Source: a virus
Lineage: Duplodnaviria; Caudoviricetes
Length of the DNA stretch: 64,000 nt
Strand: one strand, 5' to 3'
Virus record (IMG/VR): IMGVR_UViG_3300023047_000002
Shown: piece after piece, positions 29,810 through 40,329 of the stretch
How positions within the stretch are numbered: the stretch's first letter is position 1
Layout: each line of letters begins with the position of its first letter
Made by a program: the position numbers and the translations under genes
Notes under the pieces: generated by a model
Told to the model about the DNA's origin: nothing
Databases searched by the model: none
The model's input: the letters and a program-made list of their open reading frames with translations, nothing else

Positions 29810-31080
29810 CATGACCATAACCAGGTACGAAACCAATGTCACGACTAGAATTTTAACGACAGGATGCTTACGCACATGACTATAATCTTGATTTCAGGAT
29901 GATTTCATGAGCTAGAGCGCTCTTTGACACGACTAGGATTTTTAACAACATGATGCTTTCAGAACGTAGTAGAACGCTAAAGCATGACACGACTATGACT
30001 TTAACGACAGCACTGTTCAAAGTACGATACGACCATAACTTGATCACAGGTAGAGCGAAAACGCTCTTAGACAGGACTATGTTTTCACAGGAGAATTTTA
30101 ACAACAGGATGCTAAAGCATGACTATGTTATTTACTACAGGTGAAGACTTTACAGGAATTCGAGCTAGAACGCTCTTTGACTTGACTTCGATTTTTAACG
30201 ACAGGATGTGATGCTGAAAGCATGACTTGACTATAACTTGATCACATGATCTTTTACAGGATGCTAATGCTGAAAGCATGACATGACTTCGATTTTTAAC
30301 GACAGGGAGAATTTCAGGATGCTAAAGCACATGACTAGGATTTCATTGTCACATTAAGCAAAAATCATGCCAGCACATTCAAATCTTGCCATTTTTGACA
30401 TGACTATTATTTTCCCAGCCCATATAAGTTAATAATTAATGAACCCCACATAACTCTTTGATTTTATTGACATTTTTCAAACAACAAGGTTTACATCTCA
30501 AATCAGCGTTCATATAAGTTATAGGATCTACCTTATAAAAATTTATTCTTTGGGAAAATAAAATATTTTTATAAGATAGAGATATAACTTATATGAACGT
30601 GTCTTAGTAAGTTAAAGTGTGCGAAATAAAAAAGACAATAAAATCAATGGGTTACACGAGCTCCAATAATTATTAACTTATATGGGTAAAAAATAATCGG
30701 CATCCTGTGGTTAAGATCAAAGTCATGTCTAAGTGCAAGCATCCTGAAATCTTGTTAAGATCATGGTCGAGTCTTAAGGTAGTCCCCTCTACACAAAAAT
30801 CCTGTGGTTAAGATTAAAGTCATGTCTTGAGCATGAGCGCTCCATCCTGAAAGCATCATGTGGTTAAAATCAAAGTCATGTCTTGCTGTTTCAGCATCCT
30901 GAAATCTGTGAAGATCTTAGTCATGACCCTGTCGTAAGATTCTGAGAGCGTTCTTAGTCGAGTCTTGAGCATGAGCGTTCCATCCTGAAATTTCCTGAAA
31001 GCCTCCTGTGGTTAAGATCAAAGCCATGTCTTGCTGTTTCGGTCATGTCTGCATTGCGGTCAAAGTCATGTCTTGCTGAT
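29810..31080. other. Candidate bidirectional replication origin: inverted iteron arrays around an AT-rich palindrome
   Basis: Left TTTTAAC(G/A)ACAGGATGCT/CATGAC repeats; right CATCCTGTGGTTAAGAT/GTCATG repeats; nested IRs centred at 30553; strand-composition switch. Confidence 0.75.
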
Positions 31081-31184
31081 GACTTGTTCCTGATCGTCTT
31101 GCCTAATTTATCTTCTGACGACGATGCAGAACTCTTGATCATGATCGTCATACTACTGTCAGTTTATACGCATGTAATTGCTAC

Positions 31185-31306
31185 TTGCATCGGTTGGTTA
31201 TCTATGATATCAAGGTCTTGCGGCTAGGTTAGCTCCCGAAAAGGCGAAAGTCCAACGCGCTCTGCCGCTTTCTCACATCGTTGGACGTTGCGCAGTTGGA
31301 GGCAAC
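31185..31306 (+). promoter_or_regulatory. Sigma70-type promoter plus structured leader
   Basis: TTGCAT-N17-TATCAA; GTCCAACG (31250-57) is complementary to 31279-86 and to GTTGGA overlapping the RBS. Confidence 0.5.
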
Positions 31307-31307
31307 C

Positions 31308-32216
31308 ATGTCAGATATCACAAAAACAGAGTCACGTAAGCATTTCTGTCAGATCATAGATTTGTATCTGCCAAGCCTAGAAAAGGTAAAGGTCATCTTC
31401 GACGAGCTCTGTACGCTCATGTGTGTCGAGGACATAGAGAACTTGGTGGATGTACCAGAAGATTCGGTCTTATCTGATCTCTCAGACGAGATCATGCATT
31501 ATCTGTATGGTGTCAGCGGTGCACCTGTAAGTCAGTCCTTAAAAGATAAGTTGCGGGAACGCTGTAGTTGGTGTCCGCTGAGACATGTAGCGTCTGCACT
31601 CAATTTAGACGACTATCAAGCCATCGTTCACGCACGTAACGCCTACTCTGCTCAACTGTCCACTTGGGATGGATCTTCCATTGTTCAAGTCCCTAAATCA
31701 AAATTTGCCTTAAAACTTTACGACGACTTTGGCGTTTCAATAAGGAACTGCACGGATTATGGTCTGGATATCTCATCTCGTCTCTATCTCGGTCTTCAAC
31801 ACATTATGAAGTATTGGAGCATTGACATACTGACCAGAGAGCTGAAAATCAAGGCTACTGACGTGGATAGTGGAAAGAAATGGAAGCAATATGCAGGATG
31901 GACAGGAGACGGGAGATCCCAGGCAGTATCTTTCGCTCTTGCACCACGTATCCGAGATTATATAGATGAATTAAAAAAGGAACTTCGTGACAGCAGAAGG
32001 GATGTGTCAACCATAAAGTGTACTCTCGCAGAGACTTGTTTTGTTATGGTTCCTCGTAATGATCCACATATGCCTGAGAGCTGGAAATCGATTATATACC
32101 CTAAGACACCAAACGTTACGTTTTTCCCATATCACACATTGAAAGCAATCGGGCTTCCTGCAATACCTAAACTAGAAGACACAATAAACAACCTCACTTG
32201 TGGTATTCAGCAATAA
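31308..32216 (+). CDS. Hypothetical protein adjacent to the origin
   Basis: GGAGG RBS, ATG 31308. Confidence 0.7.
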   Translation: MSDITKTESRKHFCQIIDLYLPSLEKVKVIFDELCTLMCVEDIENLVDVPEDSVLSDLSDEIMHYLYGVSGAPVSQSLKDKLRERCSWCPLRHVASALNLDDYQAIVHARNAYSAQLSTWDGSSIVQVPKSKFALKLYDDFGVSIRNCTDYGLDISSRLYLGLQHIMKYWSIDILTRELKIKATDVDSGKKWKQYAGWTGDGRSQAVSFALAPRIRDYIDELKKELRDSRRDVSTIKCTLAETCFVMVPRNDPHMPESWKSIIYPKTPNVTFFPYHTLKAIGLPAIPKLEDTINNLTCGIQQ

Positions 32217-32339
32217 CCTCTAGGATAGTGATAAGTATTTTGTTTGCCCTGTAGCACTTGCTTTTATCAGATCCCTTGTATTGGTTTTTGCCCAATCAAA
32301 GTTGTGAGCATAAAACCACCACGTTTGGAGAATTTGAGT

Positions 32340-33800
32340 ATGGCAAAACGTAAAACGAAGAGCGATGAAATTGTGAGTACGGTTTCGTTGGAAACCCCTG
32401 TAGAGAACATGGAAACACTGGTTGATCCACCTGTAAGGAAATCAAGAAGGGTTAAGACCGAGAAAATGGAAACGGAGAAGACTGCATGTTCGTCCTCTGA
32501 TGAGGAGTCTTTACTTCTTGTTGCTGATTCAGAAGTAAAGGAATCTGAACCTCAGGAGTATTCGCATGAGGTTACGGAAACAGAAACAGAGGAACCTGAA
32601 CCTTTCCGTATTGCTTCTGTTCCTTGTAAGCCGAAAGAGTCTGACGGTGATGATTCTGTGATACAGCTTGTGCCAGATACTGATGTGCCGGCACAAGCAG
32701 ATGCGTATGATGAGCCTGAACCTTTTCGTGTGGTTGATGTTCCGCCAAACAGCATAGCGTCTGATGATTACGATGCATGTCAGAGCATTAGCGTTCCTGT
32801 TACGGAGAAACGTAAGGATGAGGGTTACCTTCGGTTAAACAGACCTAAACTCGGTATGCTTATGGTTAAACAAGAACTTGAGGACTCAGTCGAAAGTGAT
32901 GATATTTCTTTAGTCAGTGAATCTGATGAGAATGATTCCGATGAAACTCATCCTGATACTGGTGATGCTTCACAGCAGGATATGGATGATTTCTTTGTCG
33001 TTCACAGGCGTGTGTCTTCTGATGATGTTCCTCAGGATTACGATGAACCTGATGAAACGATTCCAGATGATTTCGCTGATGAACCGAGTGATTATTTGGA
33101 TGACGGTGATGTCGAAGAACCTTGTGACCCGGATAGTTCATCTTATCCACCGTGTCTTGGAGCACCTGTTTATCCTGTGTCTATTTGTAAGGGTGTTTCT
33201 GATTTACCGTTCGTCAAAAAGTCTTCGTCAGACAAGTGCTATCTTGTACCTGGTGGAAAGAATGAAAAGTTGCGTTTCGAACACTCTTATACGGTGAAGA
33301 AATCACGTCCTTACAGACGCGATGTGAACTCTGAGCTTGAGGATACGTGCATTGCTGATATGCCTTATTACTGCTTCGATGGTCACGTTGTAGGCATGGC
33401 CAATGAGTTCGATCCGCTGTCTGGTATGTACGCGAATGAGGTCTACACGACACGCGGTGTGTATTTTTTCAGAACTTGTTCCGAATTGCCTGATCGTTCA
33501 TGTTCGTATGATGACTTTTTCCAGGCGATTTTGAATTCCGTCATTCTCTACGATGCAGAGTTTACTCCGTTATGTGATTTGCCTGGATATGACTGTGATT
33601 CTGTGGACAGCGAATGCGATGACATTTCCGTTGTGTGTATGGGTGTTCTTGAGGTGTGTGGTGTTCGCTATGGTATGCGTTCAGATTGCACGGTTGATTT
33701 TGAAAGCGTGATTAGAGCTTTGTGGGAAATCATAAACACAGATGACTCTGATGAAGATCTTGGATTTTATCGTGCGTACTTTAAACTTTTAGGAGACTGA
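32340..33800 (+). CDS. Acidic low-complexity protein
   Basis: D/E-rich, two EPEPFR repeats; probable ATG 32340. Confidence 0.65.
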   Translation: MAKRKTKSDEIVSTVSLETPVENMETLVDPPVRKSRRVKTEKMETEKTACSSSDEESLLLVADSEVKESEPQEYSHEVTETETEEPEPFRIASVPCKPKESDGDDSVIQLVPDTDVPAQADAYDEPEPFRVVDVPPNSIASDDYDACQSISVPVTEKRKDEGYLRLNRPKLGMLMVKQELEDSVESDDISLVSESDENDSDETHPDTGDASQQDMDDFFVVHRRVSSDDVPQDYDEPDETIPDDFADEPSDYLDDGDVEEPCDPDSSSYPPCLGAPVYPVSICKGVSDLPFVKKSSSDKCYLVPGGKNEKLRFEHSYTVKKSRPYRRDVNSELEDTCIADMPYYCFDGHVVGMANEFDPLSGMYANEVYTTRGVYFFRTCSELPDRSCSYDDFFQAILNSVILYDAEFTPLCDLPGYDCDSVDSECDDISVVCMGVLEVCGVRYGMRSDCTVDFESVIRALWEIINTDDSDEDLGFYRAYFKLLGD

Positions 33801-33801
33801 G

Positions 33802-34035
33802 ATGAAAAAAGATAACGTGTTTTCTTATGTGTATGAGAATACAGACTTGTCTGTATTCCATGAGTATCCGAATAATGTGTCCATTGTGTGTTCTGACGGT
33901 AGTGTTCAGAACATCGTGAACATGCACTCAAAGTCTCTTGGCGATGTGATTACTCGTGTGAACGCTCAGGACATTACGTCTTTTGAGTTTGACCGAGAGG
34001 GTGTTCAGACGGTAGTTGTGCTTCCGGATGAGTGA
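33802..34035 (+). CDS. Hypothetical protein
   Basis: AGGAG RBS, 77 aa. Confidence 0.6.
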   Translation: MKKDNVFSYVYENTDLSVFHEYPNNVSIVCSDGSVQNIVNMHSKSLGDVITRVNAQDITSFEFDREGVQTVVVLPDE

Positions 34036-34041
34036 CTTTCG

Positions 34042-34081
34042 TGGTGCTGTGTGCTCTGTTACTTTAGTTTTGTGTTAAAAG
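34042..34081 (+). promoter_or_regulatory. Phage promoter TGGTGCTG-N23-TGtTAAAAG
   Basis: Motif family. Confidence 0.65.
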
Positions 34082-34146
34082 GCATGATGAGGTAAAGGCG
34101 TCATGCCTTTGTTTTCACTGTCACATTTATTTTGTTCGGAGAAGTT

Positions 34147-35457
34147 ATGCCAAGAGTGTCTGCAAAAAGTACGGTAAAGAAGAGTTCATCACGTGGTGCG
34201 AAGAAGGAAACGTCAGATGCTGCGATTGAAAAGAAAACACGGAAATCCAGTAAATCAAGTAAACAAGACGAGCCCGTCGCAAATGAAGTTGTAAACGACA
34301 CTGAAGAAATCATTGAGGAGACTATTACAGAAGTAACAGAAGACGGTGAGCAGGTTTCTGTTCGTGTTACGAATGATTCCAATGCAGGTAAGGATGTTCA
34401 GATTGAGGATTCTGAGTGGGATGATGATAATCAGAAAGACTTGGATGCGTTTAATGCAATGCCGGAGGCACGTAGGAAGTACTATGACAATCTGACTGCT
34501 GCTGTTCTTCGAGAACGTAAGTATATAAAGTCTGGAAGTTTTGTACTCGACGCAATACTGTCTGATGGTCAAGGAATTCCTACAGGAACGTTCATTGAGC
34601 TGACTGCACCGTATGCTGTAGGTAAATCAAGTCTCCTCTTATTCATGTGTAAGAATCTTTGTGATCAAGGATATCGTTGTGCTTACATCGACACTGAGCG
34701 TGGATTGAACGACAGACAGCTTGCGAGTTTTGGCCTTACAAACCATACCAAGTCTCGAATGTTCTTACCGATGACTATCGACACGTTTGAAGAAATTGAT
34801 GAATTCTTATGCAATGCTTTGACTGATGATACGTTGAAATTTATCGTTGTCGATTCTTTGACGGCTGCTTCTGCGTCAGACATGATTGAGAAGGAAACTG
34901 GTCAGAGTCAGACATTGGCTATCCATGCACGTACAATTTCTTCGTTTTTACGACGGTTTAGGTCTAAATTCGGAACATCCGACAAGACTATATTTTTTGT
35001 GGCACAAAACCGAAAACAGTTTACTCAGTTCGGGGCACAGGACGGTGCAGCCGGTGGTGAGGCACAGAAGCACTACATGGATATCACTATCAGAATGAAG
35101 TTGAAAGACAAGCTGTCACGCAATATAAAAGGCTCTTCTGAGAAAATACAGTATGGGACAGTATGTTCGATTGTGTGCGACCCAAAGAATCGTTTTTGCA
35201 ATCCACGCATTCCTATGAATATTACGATTATTTGGGGAAAAGGTGTCTCAAATGCAGCCGCACTTTATGATGCTTTGGTAAGTCAGGGTAAAGTTGTTCA
35301 GAAAGGTTCATTTTACATGGTTGAGGGTGTCGATGGACGTGAAGAGCAGTTTCGTGGTAAGGAGGCAGCTGTGTTCTATATCTCACAGCATTCAGATTAT
35401 TACATAAGACTTGTTGAACGTCTTGGTGGTATCAGGCTTCCTAAAGTTTCAGGATAA
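34147..35457 (+). CDS. recA: RecA/UvsX-like recombinase with long charged N-terminal extension
   Basis: SGSFVLDAIL..G.GIP.G, APYAVGKSS, YIDTE, VVDSL, GGEAQKHY. Confidence 0.9.
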   Translation: MPRVSAKSTVKKSSSRGAKKETSDAAIEKKTRKSSKSSKQDEPVANEVVNDTEEIIEETITEVTEDGEQVSVRVTNDSNAGKDVQIEDSEWDDDNQKDLDAFNAMPEARRKYYDNLTAAVLRERKYIKSGSFVLDAILSDGQGIPTGTFIELTAPYAVGKSSLLLFMCKNLCDQGYRCAYIDTERGLNDRQLASFGLTNHTKSRMFLPMTIDTFEEIDEFLCNALTDDTLKFIVVDSLTAASASDMIEKETGQSQTLAIHARTISSFLRRFRSKFGTSDKTIFFVAQNRKQFTQFGAQDGAAGGEAQKHYMDITIRMKLKDKLSRNIKGSSEKIQYGTVCSIVCDPKNRFCNPRIPMNITIIWGKGVSNAAALYDALVSQGKVVQKGSFYMVEGVDGREEQFRGKEAAVFYISQHSDYYIRLVERLGGIRLPKVSG

Positions 35458-35458
35458 G

Positions 35459-36151
35459 ATGTCCACAATAAGGCGAGATGAAGCCCACCCGATAAAGTGG
35501 GTGGGTAATTCACTCTTTATAAAAATCGAGCATGAATCCGATTCGAGTGTTGTACATGCGTTTTCAGTGATTGAGATTGCTGCTATGCTTCCTTACAGTA
35601 TCGTTGGTATTGACCCGTCATTCTCCCGAACGGGTCTTTGTTGTGTTATGCAGGATGGATCTAAAAGAGTACTGTTCCATAATATCTCTCATCCGATAAC
35701 AGGAAAAGCATCTGTTGACGGCACTGTAAAACGTGGGTTTCATTCCGTGTTTGAGTCTGCTTTTGCGTTGGCGAACGATGTCACATCTTGGGTTATGTCT
35801 TTTGAGCCTGTACGTGTCGTAATGGAAGAACCTCTACCTGCAAGTTCTATGTCACCTGCGTTGTACTGCTTGGATTCGTTGATTTTTGAGCGTATTAAAG
35901 ACCATGTGTTACAGACGTACAATCCGTCAACTCTGAGGACTATCCATTCAAAACGCGATTACACAAAAACGGACTCTGTGAACAGGGCAACAAAGTTGCT
36001 TGAACGGTTCCATGCTGCCGGTTGGAGTGTTCCGATAGTTTCAAAGACAGGGAAGATCCGTCCGCCATGTCACGATTGCTGTGAAGCATTCTTGTACATC
36101 TGTCATTACCTGAATACACATGAAATGGACTTAAAAACTTTGACTTTCTGA
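35459..36151 (+). CDS. ruvC: RuvC-like Holliday junction resolvase
   Basis: IVGIDPSFSRTG, VVMEE, HDCCEA. Confidence 0.7.
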   Translation: MSTIRRDEAHPIKWVGNSLFIKIEHESDSSVVHAFSVIEIAAMLPYSIVGIDPSFSRTGLCCVMQDGSKRVLFHNISHPITGKASVDGTVKRGFHSVFESAFALANDVTSWVMSFEPVRVVMEEPLPASSMSPALYCLDSLIFERIKDHVLQTYNPSTLRTIHSKRDYTKTDSVNRATKLLERFHAAGWSVPIVSKTGKIRPPCHDCCEAFLYICHYLNTHEMDLKTLTF

Positions 36152-36162
36152 TTTGAGGATCT

Positions 36163-36579
36163 ATGAGTGCTACGTTATACGTCAAGTTTCCTGAAAGTCA
36201 TTACGGCGGTTTTCCATGCTACGTGATGCCAAAACACATTCTGGATTCTGGGTACTGTTCCTGCATTTCTGACGGATGTGTTGAGTTAGGCAACATCACA
36301 GGCAATCTAGTCACGATGTGTCAGCATGTTCCTGTAAGCGAAACGGAATCGTTGTACGATGCGATTTGGCATACTGGCGAACATGGTTACACGACACAAG
36401 ATTTGTTGCGTATGTACACTGAAGCAGATACATTTGTGCTTCTACATAAGGAAATTCTGTCTGAGTATGATGCTGATAATGGATGGGGCACAGTGAGTTC
36501 ACTGCGTAATTTTCTTGGACAATCCATAGAAATCCTAAAGATTTTCGATGGGTTCCCGTGTTGTGTAATTCGTAATTGA
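36163..36579 (+). CDS. Hypothetical protein
   Basis: NITGNL...NGWG; GAGG RBS. Confidence 0.65.
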   Translation: MSATLYVKFPESHYGGFPCYVMPKHILDSGYCSCISDGCVELGNITGNLVTMCQHVPVSETESLYDAIWHTGEHGYTTQDLLRMYTEADTFVLLHKEILSEYDADNGWGTVSSLRNFLGQSIEILKIFDGFPCCVIRN

Positions 36580-36592
36580 AGAGGAGGTTTTA

Positions 36593-36805
36593 ATGAAAAA
36601 TCCGTATTACTGCAAGCAAGGGTATGAGGCGATAGACATTATTGAAGCGTATGGCTTGAACTTTTCTTTGGGCAATACGTTGAAATACCTGCTACGAGCC
36701 GGTGTTAAAACCGATGACCCATTGCCAGATCTGCGAAAGGCACTTGACTATCTTCAACACGAAATCCGTCGTATTGAGCAGAGCAAAGAAACGGGCAAAC
36801 CGTGA
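36593..36805 (+). CDS. DUF3310-like protein
   Basis: P.YY..G.EAIDII...F.LGN.LKYL.RAG.K...DL.KA..YL. Confidence 0.8.
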   Translation: MKNPYYCKQGYEAIDIIEAYGLNFSLGNTLKYLLRAGVKTDDPLPDLRKALDYLQHEIRRIEQSKETGKP

Positions 36806-36943
36806 AATCGAAATTTCGTTGTGTTGCTTACTAATTTTTCTTGCGTGTTTACGAAACACGGAGTATCAAAGCATTCGAACAAGGACGATTGGTTTAGTCC
36901 TTGATTTAACACGTCCGATAGGATATATTATAGGGGCATGGTT

Positions 36944-37291
36944 ATGAAAAAATCAGACATTATTGGAACTGTTTCTGAGTTCTTAAAAGTTAATGGTGAA
37001 GACCTTTCCAAGAAGAAAATCGAACTCGTTTACGATGCAATCATCAATGAGTTCGCAAGACTTCTTAAGTCAGGTGAAGACGTTGCGTTGAACGGGATCG
37101 GCATTCTCAAAGTTCGTGAACGAGCTGCCCGTGAAGCACGTAACCCGAGAACTGGCGAAGCTCTTCACATTCCTGCTCAGAAAGCAGTTGTGTTCAAGCA
37201 GTCTGCCGTCATTAAGAATGCGTTAAATTGTGAAGTCAAATGCGAGAAAAAAGCAGATAAGAAACCTTCCAAGAAAGCCGCAAAGAAGTAA
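36944..37291 (+). CDS. hup: HU/IHF-family DNA-binding protein with Lys-rich tail
   Basis: GEDVAL.GIG.L...ERAAREARNPRTGE...IPA...V.FK. Confidence 0.92.
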   Translation: MKKSDIIGTVSEFLKVNGEDLSKKKIELVYDAIINEFARLLKSGEDVALNGIGILKVRERAAREARNPRTGEALHIPAQKAVVFKQSAVIKNALNCEVKCEKKADKKPSKKAAKK

Positions 37292-37316
37292 TGTCGGTGA
37301 CTATTAGGTCTGACGT

Positions 37317-37350
37317 TAAAGGGGCAAACCAAATGGTTTGCCCCTTTTTT
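37317..37350 (+). terminator. Intrinsic terminator
   Basis: AAAGGGGCAAACC-AAAT-GGTTTGCCCCTTTTTT. Confidence 0.8.
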
Positions 37351-37352
37351 CG

Positions 37353-37392
37353 TGGTGCTGTTTGCTTCCGTCGTGTGTGTTTGTAGTATCTT
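37353..37392 (+). promoter_or_regulatory. Phage promoter TGGTGCTG-N23-TAgTATCTT
   Basis: Motif family. Confidence 0.6.
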
Positions 37393-37457
37393 CACAATGA
37401 TTCGAGTCTCTTGTTTAGAATCCTTAATGCTTCATATCTTTCTTTCAGGAGCTGGTT

Positions 37458-37835
37458 ATGAATATTGTCCTTTCTTTTTCTGAAAAACAAATGGCTGACT
37501 TGTGTAAAGCTGCTTCTGACCGTAATGTTACACTTGAAGAACTTGTTTTGTCTTGCTGTCTAAACGTAACTTTACCAGCCACATCAAATGAAGGTAACTC
37601 ACGTATTCCATCTCAGATAGGTGAACGTGTTTCTTCGCTTGGTGGCCTGTTTTCTTTCACAATACCTGTAAGAGCTCCTGTTTCATCCAATGCTCAAGAT
37701 CATCAGGAATCTTTAGACAAGAAGGTTCAAGACTTTCATGATAACGAAGATGATGTGAATGAAATTGTTGTCGAATATGAAAGTGAGGAAGAGCTTAACG
37801 AACACCTTGCAGCAATGGATAACGGGTTTTTCTAA
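37458..37835 (+). CDS. Hypothetical protein (possible ribbon-helix-helix N-terminus)
   Basis: AGGAG RBS; MNIVLSFSEKQMADL... Confidence 0.55.
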   Translation: MNIVLSFSEKQMADLCKAASDRNVTLEELVLSCCLNVTLPATSNEGNSRIPSQIGERVSSLGGLFSFTIPVRAPVSSNAQDHQESLDKKVQDFHDNEDDVNEIVVEYESEEELNEHLAAMDNGFF

Positions 37836-37853
37836 TTTTGGAGTTTATCTAAC

Positions 37854-39011
37854 ATGACCACATACATCTCACGTTCACTTGTGGAACATGCACGTGACTT
37901 TGACGTTTCACTTTCCAAGGCACCTACCGATTTTTACCGATACTCAAGCACACCAACACCTTATTACCTATTCACGTTTCAGAAACCAGGAATCGGCTCT
38001 GTTCTGATGAAATCCCGTGTTCCATGTACGTACTTTAAATACAGTGGAATTGTACCGTATCTTGATGTTATGGACGGGTGCGATAATTTGTCGTACACTG
38101 AGCGTGTCTACCTCACATGCGAACACACTGCGTTTTGCAATGATACTGACCGTTTCGGTCTTAGCCTTGACGAACTTAAGAAGCACTCATTGAAAAACCC
38201 AGTCACCGTTTTCGACAAAATACAAAGTGTTTATCCTGTGTACCACAATATCCCTCTCGTTGGATTTATGTACAGCTTTTTGTCGTCGTTGTCGAAGTCT
38301 ACAGAACGGAACATTGTGTGGTTATCTGAACATGGCGTCCGTTATTACGATACGTATTATGGTCTTGAAGTGTCCTATGTTCAGGGCGATGTCGAAGTTT
38401 ATACTCCTTTTCCAAAAGTTAGTGTGTCTTCTGTTTGCCGTGATTACGGGCTCTATGTGTATCTGGAAGATAACTGGTTCATTGCTTGCGATAAAAGTGA
38501 AACACCAATGTCTATTTACACTGACAGGCGCGGGTTGCTTTCTGACAAACTTGGATCGCCGCGTAAAGAGTTCTTCGGCACGGATCTGTCTCTCATGTGT
38601 GGGTTTACGATTCATGTGCCGAAAGCCAAGAATGAATCAGCCAATGGAAGTTTCGTTCCGTTCCCAAAGACCATGAAACTGATTCATGGTCTTGTCGATG
38701 GAAAACTTAAACTGTGTTATTACGACGAAAACAATAATGTGATTGAAACTGTTATGTGTGATGCACCGTTCGCAGACAACCTGTTGTTTGACGTGGTACC
38801 TATGGGATCATACCACAACTCTGTAATTGACTTTTTTAGAAACGGGTTCGATGGTCTGGTCTATCTGTACCGTGATATGTGTGATGGGAAACGGTACATG
38901 TGCGTATGCCTTGATGCGGTTTACACTCAAGACTTGGGTAATGGTTTTCGACGTATGTCTCCTGATAATAACAAACCTGTTTGTGTTCGATTCTTTTCAC
39001 GAATCGACTAA
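37854..39011 (+). CDS. Hypothetical protein
   Basis: 385-aa ORF with GGAG RBS. Confidence 0.7.
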   Translation: MTTYISRSLVEHARDFDVSLSKAPTDFYRYSSTPTPYYLFTFQKPGIGSVLMKSRVPCTYFKYSGIVPYLDVMDGCDNLSYTERVYLTCEHTAFCNDTDRFGLSLDELKKHSLKNPVTVFDKIQSVYPVYHNIPLVGFMYSFLSSLSKSTERNIVWLSEHGVRYYDTYYGLEVSYVQGDVEVYTPFPKVSVSSVCRDYGLYVYLEDNWFIACDKSETPMSIYTDRRGLLSDKLGSPRKEFFGTDLSLMCGFTIHVPKAKNESANGSFVPFPKTMKLIHGLVDGKLKLCYYDENNNVIETVMCDAPFADNLLFDVVPMGSYHNSVIDFFRNGFDGLVYLYRDMCDGKRYMCVCLDAVYTQDLGNGFRRMSPDNNKPVCVRFFSRID

Positions 39012-39016
39012 CCGGT

Positions 39017-39592
39017 TCACACGGTCTCGTCCCAGAAAGCCGCCTCTGTGTCTGCCTGTTGAAGCATGATTAGCAAGCGGCTTTTTCGCATTGCATTGTT
39101 CAAAGCAATCATTTCATTTGAACCAATCATCAGGCCGAAGTTGCCCATGTGCCATCTAACGGCCAGTGCTTCATCGTTCGTAAGATTAATGTGCCGCTGT
39201 ATCAGAAACAGACTTTTTTCACCATGTCCCAATGGGAATTGGTCGTCAAACGTGTAATAAGGCACTTTTACCCACTTGCCGTTTTCGTCTTTAGTGTTTC
39301 GTAAGTCTTGCTTGTAAAAGTTTGCTTTGCATAAGTCATGGAACAGGGATACGATTGCCAGACTTTCTCGGCTTATGCCATCACATGCTGATACTTTTGT
39401 CATAATCCGTTTGTGTACGTTTAGACTGTGTAAGCACAGTCCGCCCTTGAAACAGCTGTGGTACTTTGCGGATGCAGGTGCCGTATAGAAGTCCGTAGTT
39501 TCAAGCCAGGAAAGCAAGTTTTCGACACCATCTCTGTGGATTTCGTTCTGGACAGTATTAACAAATTGATCATGGAGTATGTTCAAGTTCAT
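39017..39592 (-). CDS. HD-domain phosphohydrolase
   Basis: FYTAPASAKYH...GGLCLHSLNV...FHDLCK...GHGEKS...RWHMG...AD. Confidence 0.88.
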   Translation of the reverse strand: MNLNILHDQFVNTVQNEIHRDGVENLLSWLETTDFYTAPASAKYHSCFKGGLCLHSLNVHKRIMTKVSACDGISRESLAIVSLFHDLCKANFYKQDLRNTKDENGKWVKVPYYTFDDQFPLGHGEKSLFLIQRHINLTNDEALAVRWHMGNFGLMIGSNEMIALNNAMRKSRLLIMLQQADTEAAFWDETV

Positions 39593-39846
39593 CTGATTCG
39601 ATTCTCCTTTGTTTGTCTTCTATCAGTTTTTAACATCGTTCTAGTCGGATGTGGTTAAACACACAGTAGTCTAAGGATCTTAAGTACTTTCCGCATAACT
39701 CATCTCTATGATCATGGCAAGCATAAATATCAGGACAATATCTAACTTGTGACGCACACCGCGTCTGCTGGACAGAATAGTAGATGCCTTTAATAATGCT
39801 CGTCGTATACGTAAAGACGAATGCCGTTGTGGTTGGTGTACTTGTG

Positions 39847-40329
39847 ATGAGACAGATGATGACATGGTATGAAGAAGAGGTTTTAAGGCTTAATAGAAGA
39901 GCAATCGCTTTTGTCACTGATCGTGGAGGACGTAAATATGAATGCCGTTGCGGTTGGTGTACTGGTGGAGAGACTGATGATGAATTGCTTCACGGTATAT
40001 GCTATGATGCAGGAACATTCGATGACATTGCTTGCCGCGTTTTTCATTATGAGCAAGATGTTTCATCGTTGAAAGGGTATTTCCGAATCATCGCATCGTT
40101 CCCTTGTCAAACTTGTGAGCTTGTCTTCGCAAGCATTCTTGGAGACCATGGAGAGTTAGTAACTTACGATGATGCACTGTCCTGTATGAAGTATCTGATG
40201 CAGGATTTACAGTCTGATGTTCATCAGTACATGATAACGTATCGCAAGGAAATTGATGGCGATGTGTTTGACGATTACGGGATGACACTTTATTCAAATG
40301 ACGGTTTGGGATGGGGTGAAGTTTTTTAA
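39847..40329 (+). CDS. Hypothetical protein
   Basis: ORF track 39784..40329; start uncertain. Confidence 0.5.
   Translation: MRQMMTWYEEEVLRLNRRAIAFVTDRGGRKYECRCGWCTGGETDDELLHGICYDAGTFDDIACRVFHYEQDVSSLKGYFRIIASFPCQTCELVFASILGDHGELVTYDDALSCMKYLMQDLQSDVHQYMITYRKEIDGDVFDDYGMTLYSNDGLGWGEVF

Noticed and set aside
29810-31080. CRISPR array or coding ORFs in the repeat region
   Set aside because: Repeats are degenerate, irregularly spaced and inverted between arms, with no unique spacers or cas genes; the short ORFs are repeat translations without RBS
37854-39011. Third beta-clamp paralog
   Set aside because: Size fits but there are no convincing motifs
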